DNA of 64,000 nucleotides, taken from positions 496,001 through 560,000 of the forward strand of contig OZ316896.1 in the NCBI GenBank assembly GCA_973895155.1, written 5' to 3'. A program made the translations under genes and the position numbers. Position 1 is the first letter of the stretch, and each line of letters begins with the position of its first letter. This DNA comes from Marsupella aquatica. Its lineage: Eukaryota; Plantae; Marchantiophyta. The notes below the pieces were generated by a model that was given only the letters and a program-made list of their open reading frames with translations, was not told the DNA's origin and did no database searches. Of the stretch, positions 49,285-60,280 are shown piece after piece.

Positions 49285-49789
49285 TTCGGTACAAAGACTT
49301 TCTGGCTGTTGATTCTGCAAGCCTACAATATTCATCAGTGGCATCTGCTCCTATCCCAAATGCTAATTGTCGCAAAGCAGCTGTGACTTTTTGTAGCCCA
49401 GATAGGCCCATTCTTTTGGTAGCATCTCTCTTCTGTTGAAAAAATTCATCGTGTGTCGAAACTGCAAGCAGAATTCTATCAAACAAACGCCGGGTCATCC
49501 TAAATCGTCTGCGGAAATCTTTACTATCATACGTACAATGTTCAATGAAATAATCATCAACAATGGTTTCATGTCCTCGCTCACGCTTCCTATCTTTGTT
49601 GGGCTTCTTGCCAAGCGTTGACCCTCCTCCTTGCTTGCGCTCCTTCCGCTGCCACGATTGGACTGCTTGGAGAGAGAGTGGTCCAGTGCAGATGGCCGTC
49701 TCCCAGAATTCATCCTCCTCCTCCATGGACGCCATCTCTACCTCAATCTGTTTTTGCAATTTAAGTCTCCAAGCACTCATGCGGTCCAT
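49285..49789 (-). pseudogene. Truncated Harbinger transposase (N-terminal part only)
   Basis: GGSTLGK...DYF...FRRRFRMTRRLF...FFQQKRDA...GLSGLQKVTAALRQLAFG..AD..DEY..L.ESTA. The catalytic DDE region is missing. Confidence 0.88.
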
Positions 49790-50114
49790 GATCCAAGCTC
49801 CACTCGTTGGAAAATTGAGTCGGGCAATCGAGCTTGCGCGAACTGGAGAGCTATGTCATTTTTGAAATGTTCGGGACATTGTTTTGTATTGACATTGACA
49901 TTTCTGCGCCAAAATGGCCCTGTTTGCTGGGTTCAAACCTGAGTGATGCGGTTCGAACGCATGGTTAACGTTTTCCAGGCCCCGTTTAGCAGGCACTGGT
50001 GCAGCACGACTTGAGCACGGGGCCTAACCCCATATGCAGGCCTGAAAACCTTGGGGCAAATTTTGCGTTTGGCAGCACCGCACCTGGAAACCGGTGCGGA
50101 TGCTCTAAGTAGAT

Positions 50115-51993
50115 CTAAGTGCGGATCAAAGCAACCAATATCGTACGAGTAAGAAGGCCTTTGCTTGGCGTCTTGTCGAGCAATATCTGATACCGTTGCC
50201 ATATGACTTCAGCGACATTTCGGCCGAAATGTTCTCCCAAGAGATTGCTGAACACAGCTTTCCACATGCTCCCTATCTGTCTAGACATGGCAGTGGCCTC
50301 TGCCCCTGACACTGCCGCGACTACCTTGGGATTCAGTTCAACTTCGTTTATTTCAGCTCTCACGACATTGAACTTAGAACCGCAATATGCTAGTGCGTCT
50401 GTTAGATCTTCCATGCTTCGGTTGTAGATTGGAAGGTTGAATGTATCACGTTGCTGTTCAGTCACGAGACCCTGCGCAGATTTATGTATGCAATTCATTG
50501 TGATATTCCATCCTGAAAATGTCAGGCCAAGAAATTGGAACTGGAATTTCACTGAATCTACAACTAATGATTGGTGAGTTCAATAGAGAAGCCCCCGCCA
50601 CACTGAATTTCGGAATTTACATTGGAATTGGTCATACTAACTTTACATGCAATCTTTCCAGGCTCATTTAAGTCCTCGCGAATGATCACACGCAACAGAG
50701 CTCGCCACTGTTGGTCTCATTGCGTCGACAGCAGGCTACAAGGAACACCTTCCGGCATAGCCCAAATCCTTAATAAAATCCACATAATTGGGTAAGGTGT
50801 ATACCTCGGCAACCAGATCAGTGAAGACCTCATCAAGCTCCGCTGTGAAGTTCTCCACAGGATCATTCGATGGCTCGTCTGGTCCGGAGACTGATCTCCC
50901 GTTGCAGTAGAAGAACAACAACCCTCCTGAAACGAGCTCTGCTGCCCTAGCTAAGAGAAAGTTCTTCATATCCAAGAGACCTTGCTTCTGATATGCTTTT
51001 GCCACAGCAGAACGCGAATGTATTATCCATGACTTCCCTCTATTATATGCTGGGGAATCGTTGTGGAGTATCACGTCAGGGATCTACAAACAACAACACT
51101 TGCGGTCGTGTTATACGAAGTTCACACAAGAACTAGCTAATCAATATGATTTTGAGATTGACACCGCTCAGTTGCCTCACTAACATTCCACAATGCCGGG
51201 AATTTGCTTCAAGGATAAGCACGCATTTTCACTCGTGGGGTCTCTTACTTCGCTGACGACATCCTCACTCGGTTTGGTTCATTTTTTGTCAGTCACTATA
51301 TCTCAAACTTTTATAGCCATGGACACCGACATCTACATCGGTCCGGCACAGAAAGTTCATGGACGCTCCACGACCGAGGCCTTAGCGTACGACCGTGAAA
51401 CTGTCCAGCGTAAACAAATATTCCAAGAATGGATATTGATGAGAATGACATACCGTAGATAACCAATGTAGACAGTTAGAGGAGTAGAAGATATGAATTG
51501 ACGACTCAGGAAAAAGCCGGTTATAAAATGACCCTGGCACACCAGCTACGTAGAAATTCTTGGCTCTAGTATCATCGCTTAACAACTGGAATAGATTGTT
51601 GAAGTCGTTCGATGGCAGATCGTTGAAATAAGCCTGGAACGTTGCATCTTCAGGCAGGCGTTTTTTCAACTTGCCAAATATATCTGCTACCGTGTCGATT
51701 GTGTTAGGACCCGACGAGCTGCCGAGATCTGCGGCAACTACGGGGCCCCCATCAAAGGGAAGAACAACTCTCTCAAGTGCGTCATAAAGAGCTCCCTGCA
51801 GCAGCCTGGTGAGGGTCGATTGAAATTTTGAGTTGCGACTATAACTGTCCTCCCCGTCGCCTTTGACCATGGAGAAAAGCTTGAGAGCAGAATTACGGTG
51901 AGGAGCTGCGCTCGAGGACTCGTCCGCGTCTGATCCATTGTTAGTGCTTCGCACATCTTCGGGCACATCCATGCTTGGACGGCTCGACGACAT
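50115..51993 (-). CDS. SABATH-family methyltransferase, copy 3 (391 aa)
   Basis: Exons 51993-51454, 51083-50805, 50471-50115. Same structure as copies 1 and 2; YSSNCLHWLS. Confidence 0.93.
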
Positions 51994-52379
51994 TCCAGGC
52001 CTTACAACAATTGGAGTAGTCTACTCAAGCGCCAAAACATACATTCTTCTTCTTTAGTCGGCAATTTTTTGTCACGACTGAGGAATGGAGGGCGTCTCTC
52101 GGTCTACATACAGCCCACGGAGAAATTCCGGAATCGGGCACTCTCCTCTTCTAATCGATCATTGTTGGAGGTTCGATGTATTCACAAGGCAGCAGTAGCT
52201 GTGCGTTGGTTTGTGGGCGAAGGAGGCGATGGAAGAAATATTTCTTTATGAGGATTTCCACAAATCCTGGGAACGAGACCACGTAAGGAATAGTTCCTAT
52301 CAGATTCTCCACGAAAATTCTTGTCGGACGCTCAGATCTCACTAGAATACTAGATATCATCAGATTCTTGTTACTTTCT

Positions 52380-53640
52380 TTTCTGACCCTCACATCTCCC
52401 TACATTTAAGGATGATGCTAAGATTCCTGTTACATTATTTTCTGACCCTCAGTCTCCCTAGATTTAAGGATGACCATGGGATTCTTGCCAAGGGGTCCTT
52501 GGCTAGGTGTACTACAGGGAAATGAAATGGGGGACCCAAAACCTAGCCACTTGTAGCCAAAAAAAAAAGTGGCCAAAGCTTTATGGAGATTTGAATATTT
52601 CTCATCACCATTTTTCACATTATTTTCTGACCTCAGATCTCCCTCAATTTAAGAATGACCATTAGCTTATACCCATTGGGGTCTGTGACCTTGGTGGGCA
52701 ACGCTAGTGGAAACCCAAAACCTAGCACGTCTAGCCAAAAGTGGCCAAACTTTTTGGATAGGTAAATGTTTCATATGAGGTTTTCCTACATAGTTTTCTG
52801 ACCCTGCTAATATTCTGGGTGATATTTTCTTTTGGTGTATTTCAGGGTATTCTGGGAGCATTATGCCCCTGTCAACGTCTGGATCAGATTCTCCTCTACT
52901 TTGCTAAAGCCTTCAAGTGCAATGAGGTACTCTTTTGGGAGGATTATGGGCAATTATAGCCCCTCATAACTGGATGAAGCTCTCTATTTATCTTTCAAAC
53001 CTTAAACCACAGGTGCACCTATGAAGAGGTACTTATAAAGTGCAATTCATTTTTTCACCGGTAATGGGTTTGAGTGCTCCACTTTTTACAGTGACAACAC
53101 TATTCATCACAGGACACTAATGAGAATATGGAGGCAGAGAAGGGGGCTTTTATATGGGCAGGTGTGGTTTTGAGTGTAATAAGGTCTTGTGCGGAGAGCA
53201 ATATGGGCAATAGTAACCCCTCAAAACTCTTGTTTTCCAGTGCAAAATATCTTGTAGTGTCCTCTAAAAGGACTACTGTACACATCTTTCCCTTGAATTA
53301 AGGATGAGAGTTAGATTCAGGCAGATTGGGTCTGTGCCTACAGTAGGTGGACTAAACTGGCTAGTGGGGGATAGAATGCCCTCTAAACAGGACTTCACAG
53401 TATACATTAGATTCTGGCAATTGGGGCTGTGCCTAGGTGACCAAATCTGGCTAGTGAGAGACCCAAAACCTAGCCACTTTCCGCCAAAAGTGGCCAAAAC
53501 CTTTTGGAGAGGTGAATAGTTCTTCTCAGATTTTTTCACATTATCCCTAGGAGGACTTTTTCTGACCCAAATATCTCCCTGGATTTAACGATAAGCATTA
53601 GATTCTGGCTAATGGGGTCTGTGCCCAGGGTGACACCAGG
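52380..53640. repeat. Degenerate repeat block upstream of SABATH copy 3 (probable old TE relic)
   Basis: Several copies of the CTGACCC...TCTCCC...TTTAAGGATGACC...GATTCT and ACCCAAAACCTAGC.AC...GCCAAAAGTGGCCAAA motifs. Confidence 0.65.
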
Positions 53641-54299
53641 CTTATGGGAGACCTGAACCACTTTGCACTTCAGGGTTTTCAGTAGCTAACTTTGACATTT
53701 AGTACCTCTCTAAATATCCAATGGAGTTTAAGTAGCTAACTTTGACATTTAGTATCTCTATATATGTTCAATTGAGTCTGATTTTTTGTGGTTAGGTAGC
53801 AAATTTCCAAAGACGACCCGTTTTCTGGCCACATTTCACTCATTAATACGTTCCACAAGTCTAACCAAGAATGTTGGCAAACCTGTGGGTCCATCAGGTT
53901 GAAGACTAAATCGGAGATTTTTACAATTCCTATTAATGAAGATGAATTGGCTCCTATAACCCAGGATCAATGTTCTGTTCTCGTGCAGGATCGGCAGAAG
54001 GGAGAGCTGAGTTCAGCTTTCGTGGAACACAATTTTGCTCCAGTAGTCGGAACAAGTGAAATACGTGCGACACGATCTAGCTGTAGAACACCTGATGTGG
54101 AGGACTCATCTCAGCTCAGCATTCTTGTCGTGGTCGACACTTTGCCTTCCAGATTGTAGATCTTGAGCGCAAAAATTGTGATACCTGGAGAGCTGTCTCC
54201 CCACGTTAAATCCACTACAACGACTCAGATACACGGGCGACTTGTGCACCTGTTTTGGGCTATAACATGTGGAAATCCTGTCTAATGAACTTTACCTTC

Positions 54300-57200
54300 T
54301 CAACCTGCCGCATTTCTGGATGGAACCCTGACAGAAAGAATGAATGATACAATCCAAGTGAGGAACGCAGCTTATGCACTTGCACTAATACTAAGGATCT
54401 CGAACACAATTGGTTAGACACCAGTCTGCTGTATTTCGATATCAGTAAACTATGCAACTTTGCGGATTGCAATATGTTGAAAACAAAGATGATGATTTTC
54501 GCTCAGATGGTGAGAAACATCAAGCAAATAGGAATTTCCAGTCATTTTCACGTCTCGAAACAAATTGTTTAGAGGTTCTGATCTCAGTAATTAAACATCG
54601 ATTGAGCAACAATAAATATTGCAAGCTGTGAGGATCTTGAGATGAGGTGGGACAGGGAGCATTGACTGGTGCTCATTCTAAGATCTAAATGCCTAAGGGA
54701 AAGTTGACTGGAAAGACAGCGATAAACGGGTGGTGGTTACCTGCACAGCTGCCTCAGTTCCGGTTGTAGGAGAAGCTGCTCAAGCAGAGGTCGCTGACTA
54801 CTGTTAAACCTGCAAAGTATTAACGGTAGCTTATGACGCATGTTCTTCGACAGTGCAACAGAGGGCAAGCAAGAAAACTATCGAACCACCACAATTGCAA
54901 TCTAAGTAGGTAGGTCACAACAATATGATTGCTTCTTTCTATTTTAGTTTGAAAATTGGAAGGGTTCCAATTTCTCCCTTCATGTGAATCTCCTGACCTT
55001 GATATTTGAATTCCTAGTCTAATATTATCCAGCTGAGCTCCAATCCCCATTTCCTCAATTCATAAATTTTGCATATGGACATATCAATTCGGATATGTTA
55101 ATTTTCTTGTTCACAACTTAAACGCAAGGTCATGAGGCCCACAGTGAACTTAAGAGATCTCTCAATACAACACACTTTCCGTTCATTTTATACACAATTA
55201 ACCTAGATAAACATTTGCACTCAGATTTCATACGTAGAGCTTTCAAACTACAATAATAAATTTGACTTACTTTCACCATTTGACTTTATTCGAAAACAAA
55301 GTGTCCTTCGATACTTAAATAATTACCCAAAATTCATTTAAATTTTCAATTTTAGATACATTTTCCCTTTATTTTTGTCCTCTCAAGGCTTATTCTCGTT
55401 CAACCATGTAAATTCTTCAAAGTCAAAGGAAGTGTAGTACTCTATCGTCGTCTTTCCCAAATCCGAGGAAAACAAACACATGAAAGAAAGGCTGCTTACC
55501 CTGAATTGTCATCCAGTGATAATAGCTTGTGGTTTACTCTCATGGCTTGGTCAACATAACTCACGACGAGGCCACCACTGTCAGGATGAGGCCATAGACG
55601 AGAACTTGCAAACCGAAGTACGAAGGTTCCTGGTTTGGAAGTTGCACCCCCATTTCTGAGAAGTCCTTCAACCTCGTCCCGGCTGATCATACCCTCAATC
55701 CATCGAGGGTCCTCATTATCCCAAGTGGTACGAAGTTGAGATGATTTAACAGCTAAAGCAACCGGATAGATCCAATTCCATAGCCTCCCAAATTCCTCCA
55801 TTGATATAAAATCTCCAGCACAACCAGCTATCCTTTTCAAGAACTCCTTGTCCTGCGATCAAGCATGCCCCAAAAATTGTCAGGGCAATTGCTTTACCTC
55901 TCATTTGATTACACACGATCAACGTTTGTCTTTTTAAAATCATGGAACGCATGTGAAAGATCCTACAATGAAGGTACTTCAGCGGCCAAGAAAGAAAAGT
56001 GGAAATATTGTGCTCGTTATGAGAGTAATGCTGATTAGCTTTAACGGGTGGTTTCCAACTTTATGTAGGGTCTAATATAAGGACCGGCACAGCGAATGTG
56101 CACGAAGGCCCCAGTCAACCTCAAGAAAAGCTGTTGACAGTTCTACCTTAGCAGATAGTGATCTGTTAACACAACCAGCAGTTGTAGTGAAGCTCTTCTC
56201 TATGTGCCTCACCGCATTGGTCCACAGTGGTGGAACTGACTCTTGTGAAACTTTAGACCAGACTTCATTTCCACTGAAAACGAGATTTCTTGCGATCAAA
56301 ATTTGATACCTGCCCCACCAAACTTCCAAAATTCATGTTAGCCTGAACGGCAATGTCCAAACAAATTCTGAAGTTCAACACAAGAAACTTTTTCATGTCG
56401 TAGTCATAACGTAGAATTTCGAATCTGTTTGTTGATCAACAGTCCTAGGAAAGGACTGTACTAGGCGCTAAATATGTTTTTTTTCAATATTAACGAATTC
56501 TACACACCAGACACTTACCCGTCATGACGACACCCAGTCAACTGGGAGACACGTGATGCAAAGTCAGTCAGCTCTTGTTCACCTCTGCTCATGACAAATG
56601 CTTTCAGAAATTCACCCCGCCCATACATGCTTTCAAGACAATACTTGAAGACGAGATGATCGGATAGTTGTGAAGTGTTGTTCCACTTTTGAGAAAGCTT
56701 GGAGCCATCTGTCGCGGTCGAGAGATTGCTGCCCTCAGTGAATGTCTCCTGCTTGGTTGTTCCCGTGTCTAACAATGGTCCCCTCGCTTCTGCTGGCTGT
56801 CCTGTCCCAGTTCTGACTGACAGCCCTGAAGGAGTGTCTGGCCAGTTAAGTCCACTTGCACCAGACGCTGCTGGAACAACCGTCGACTGCAATTGCAACC
56901 CTAAAGACAGAGCAGATCCGACGTCTTCATTGGGGGACACCATACCTAGTCTACTATCGGAGAAGCAATCTGTGATGAAACCATGCCCATTGCCTACTGG
57001 CATTGGAGTCTCTTTCGGTAGCCTAGTTCGAGTTCGTTTAACTGGAAGTTGTCCAGCACTTAAGTAGCACACATCCTTCCCAGTCGGTACGGCTGTTGTG
57101 TTGGTATTACTTTTGTCCCTGACACAATGTTGTGAGGCTTCAGCTGCCATGGTCTCATCCAGACCTGAAGAAGAGACCGAACCATCGACAGGCAAGCTGC

Positions 57201-60200
57201 TGGCAGCAGCAGGAGAGTGCTTCCAATGTGTGCCGACTGGCATCCGATGATTTCTGTTCCGAGACACACACCGGATGGGGCGAGAAAATGCTTGTAAGAA
57301 TGGGAGCTGTGGAGCACTTGGAGAGTTAAAACATACTCGGAAGAGCCGATTGTCACATTTGGACGAAAGCTGCATGCGAGACACAAGAATCCTTAGTGGT
57401 TTGCATATTCAACAAACTCTTCTGGTACCTCTTAAGATTTTCTTGTCCCCGCAAACCTTAGTTTGGCCGAATTTCTTTGCCAGTTGCATAAATTGAAGAA
57501 ATGCTCTAGAAGTGCTTCATCCAAATTCTGGGTGCCAGTCTTAGGAAAAACACTATGCGAAACGACACTGAAAACTCTGAGATATTGTTAGAATGAGCAC
57601 AATAACTAAACGTCAAGACGTAGAGGTATGCAGATCTTTCATTTGTGTGTTAAACCTGATCAATAGAGTAGCTCACCTGTGAGATCTTCAGCTTGAAAGA
57701 GGCACGCCCATGCACGAGTTTTATAGGCCTTTCTGATGAAGGAAACTCCACTCCATCAAAGGTAGTCAATAGAGGGGCTTCAGCATCATCCTTTGGCTTC
57801 TCAACGGGCAAGCCCGTATCAGCAAACACGAGGAAGGCGACTAGCTGCCAAACACAAAAGCATTCAATTACGTGACCAAGTCTCCACTCATGAACTCTTT
57901 ACACCAAATCAGGTGATGAATCTCATACTAATGAGTTCATGTTCACAAGGTAGGTGATCCATCAATAATTGGGGCTCTTCGTTGTCAGTCATCTGGTTTC
58001 TTTCCCCAACACACTGATTAAAAACCAGCGCCCTCCCTCTGGGTCATGTGGGTCCGGTGGACTTCGAGGTGATTGAGATTTTCGTCTTCATCTGAAAGTA
58101 CTGTAATCACCAGTTACGCAAATCAAGTCTTAACAAATTCAGGCCGAAAGAATAGTGAATTTACCTCCATTTCCTTGTGAACAGATCGGCCCAGTGCATC
58201 CAGTAGGGCAGCATCAAGTGCAAAGTTGCGTCGACAAGAGGCCTGATGATCAAGACATTCATTTGTTACAAAAGATCATACATACAATGCAACACAATCG
58301 CTTACTGGGAAACCCATTTTCTAGATCCCTACTGACATATGATACAGATATTTGACATCGCCTGGTACAGTGAGCAGATCAGTACAGCACTGGTGATTAA
58401 ATTTCATCCGGGTGAAATTTAATTGTTTTCCCAAGATATGGAAATACATATTTCCCAAGATGTCACTAAGCCTTAAAATTCTTTGCTGAGGAGTCTGTCA
58501 TTAATGTAAAAAGATGGTATCACTTGTGATGTGCTTCCAATGTATTTCAATCAGGAGATACATCCCTCTCTGATTCAATTTTTTATTCACTAACTTCTGT
58601 TGACAAATTTGAATAGTTTGCAACATTAAATAGAGGAGATTAGCAGCCCACCTTCCCACCCACGACACTCCACACGCCATCTCCTCCTTCCTCAAGTCCA
58701 TGATCATCCGATGCACCTGATGGACCATCGAGCAAAAGCTCCAAAGGCGGGTTCTGTCCTAATCATCCGGGCAATTTATTAATAAATGTCCTCCTTCCCA
58801 AGCCACTCACTGAACAGTCTTGCACCTACCAATGGAAGTATTGCACTACCTAAGTTTTTCTGTTTGGCATGCTGACGTTAACCTTTGCATAGTGATTTGT
58901 TTCTTTTATTTGAAGAAGCCTGGCTTTATTGCATTGTTAACGAACCAGATGTGACAAAAGTATTACTATAATGATCACAGGAAAATACAAGTTAATCAAA
59001 CCCGCAAGACTTTCTTTAGACTAATGGAAAGAGAGCATATTTGGCATGCATTCGTCAACCTTGACATAGTGATTTGTTACTGTTGGTTGAGGAAGCAGCC
59101 GGACGTAATAGACAAAACCGTGTACGGAGGTGGACGCAGCATGACCACTCTGTCCCCCAAACAGAAAGACTTCCTCTCGGTCTTTAGCAATGCCTTCAAT
59201 CACTTCGAGGGAAGAAGAGACATGCCTTTCGCCCACAACTGCCCCCACCATGTGAAGGCGTGAAACAGCTGATCCAATCTGCCCAAAGGGACACAAAAAA
59301 CACAGAATCAGCCAAACAACATGCATCAAAAAAGCTTTGTATATATTCATTGAGATCTGGTTGACGGTTGTTTCCAATATTTCTCAAATATGCTGAGAAC
59401 TAATCAATCATTCATCGATTCGAACTGAACTATTATCCAATGCATGCACATGGAGTGCCGTGCACCCCTTTGTAGTGACCGACTGCATGTTCTCTTCTCT
59501 AGTTCATATATCTTCCTTATGACTGAGCTTAGAAGAGAGGTGAGGAGAGCTTCACATTCATAAGTACAAACACCACTGCCATGCAACCACAAGAGAATGG
59601 AGCTGGACTATGGAGCTGGACACATTTGATTAGACATACCTCGCATCCAACATGGACCCATTTCTCCAGAGGGCAAACCTGATCCGAAACCACTACTTCT
59701 TCCCCACGTGAAGTCTCATCGTCGTTACAATTTACTCCTCTCAAAGGGTGAAGAACCAGTCTCCGGTCCAAATCCAGTACGAGCAATGGCACCGCACCCG
59801 ACCCCTCTGGAAGTCCCTAATTCATCGAAAGAAATCACAAAGACGTGGAAGTGCTCGTTAGAGTATTCCTGTGCAAGGCTCCCATTTACGAAATCTACTG
59901 TTAATCTTTCGTCCAGAAATTAGCAAGTTCTGTTCGAACGCATCCGATAACCCCCTGGAGATTCCTTTACTAAATTCTCCAATCTGGTCCTAAGCCCTAA
60001 AAGGTCTCATGATTCAAGATGGACAGAAACGCTTATTCCAGTCAGTATAAAGCAAAACCTTAGATTCCGGTGGCAGGGAAATGCGTTTGATGTTCACCTG
60101 GCGGATGATCAGACCAGGCCCGCTGCTCTTGAGGAGATAGATCCAGAAGCAGAGAGTGAAGGATGATCCGGATTCACTCAGGGTGTCCTTGCCTAGTGTC

Positions 60201-60280
60201 AATGAGAGCGCCTCCAAGGGCAGGTAGTCTACATCCCCGAGCACAGCACGTTGCTGATGTACTCCAACTTTCGTCTCCAT
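54300..60280 (-). CDS. Plant STAT-like SH2-domain protein (SHA/SHB type), ~11 coding exons
   Basis: N-terminal LamG/ConA-like motifs FTLCFWIYL and KWVHVGCE; GVWSVVGGKASCRRNF; GRASFKLKISQLSSKCDNRLFRVCF; FSRPIRCVSRNR; VFKYCLE; linker-SH2 W.WIYPVA...WIEGMISRDEVEGLL...PGTFVLRFASSRLWPHPDSGGLVVSYV. Terminal exons ~54809-54742 and ~54327-54300 (RVPSRNAAG*). The start ATG at 60280 is inferred. Confidence 0.88.

Larger units (their letters stand above)
48726..50105. mobile_element. PIF/Harbinger DNA transposon, internally deleted (1380 bp)
   Basis: 16-bp TIRs GAGCATCCGCACCGGT / ACCGGTGCGGATGCTC, TAA TSD at 48723-48725 and 50106-50108, and convergent remnants of the Myb/SANT ORF and the transposase ORF. 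Confidence 0.95.

Noticed and set aside
36652-50427. Three similar plus-strand ORFs (MISARFRPKC.../MTSATFRPKC...)
   Set aside because: Antisense shadows of SABATH exon 3. Their conservation follows from the gene duplication.
36564-60280. SABATH array plus neighbouring genes as a biosynthetic gene cluster
   Set aside because: No other biosynthetic enzyme class is present. The flanking genes are a kinesin and a STAT-like protein.
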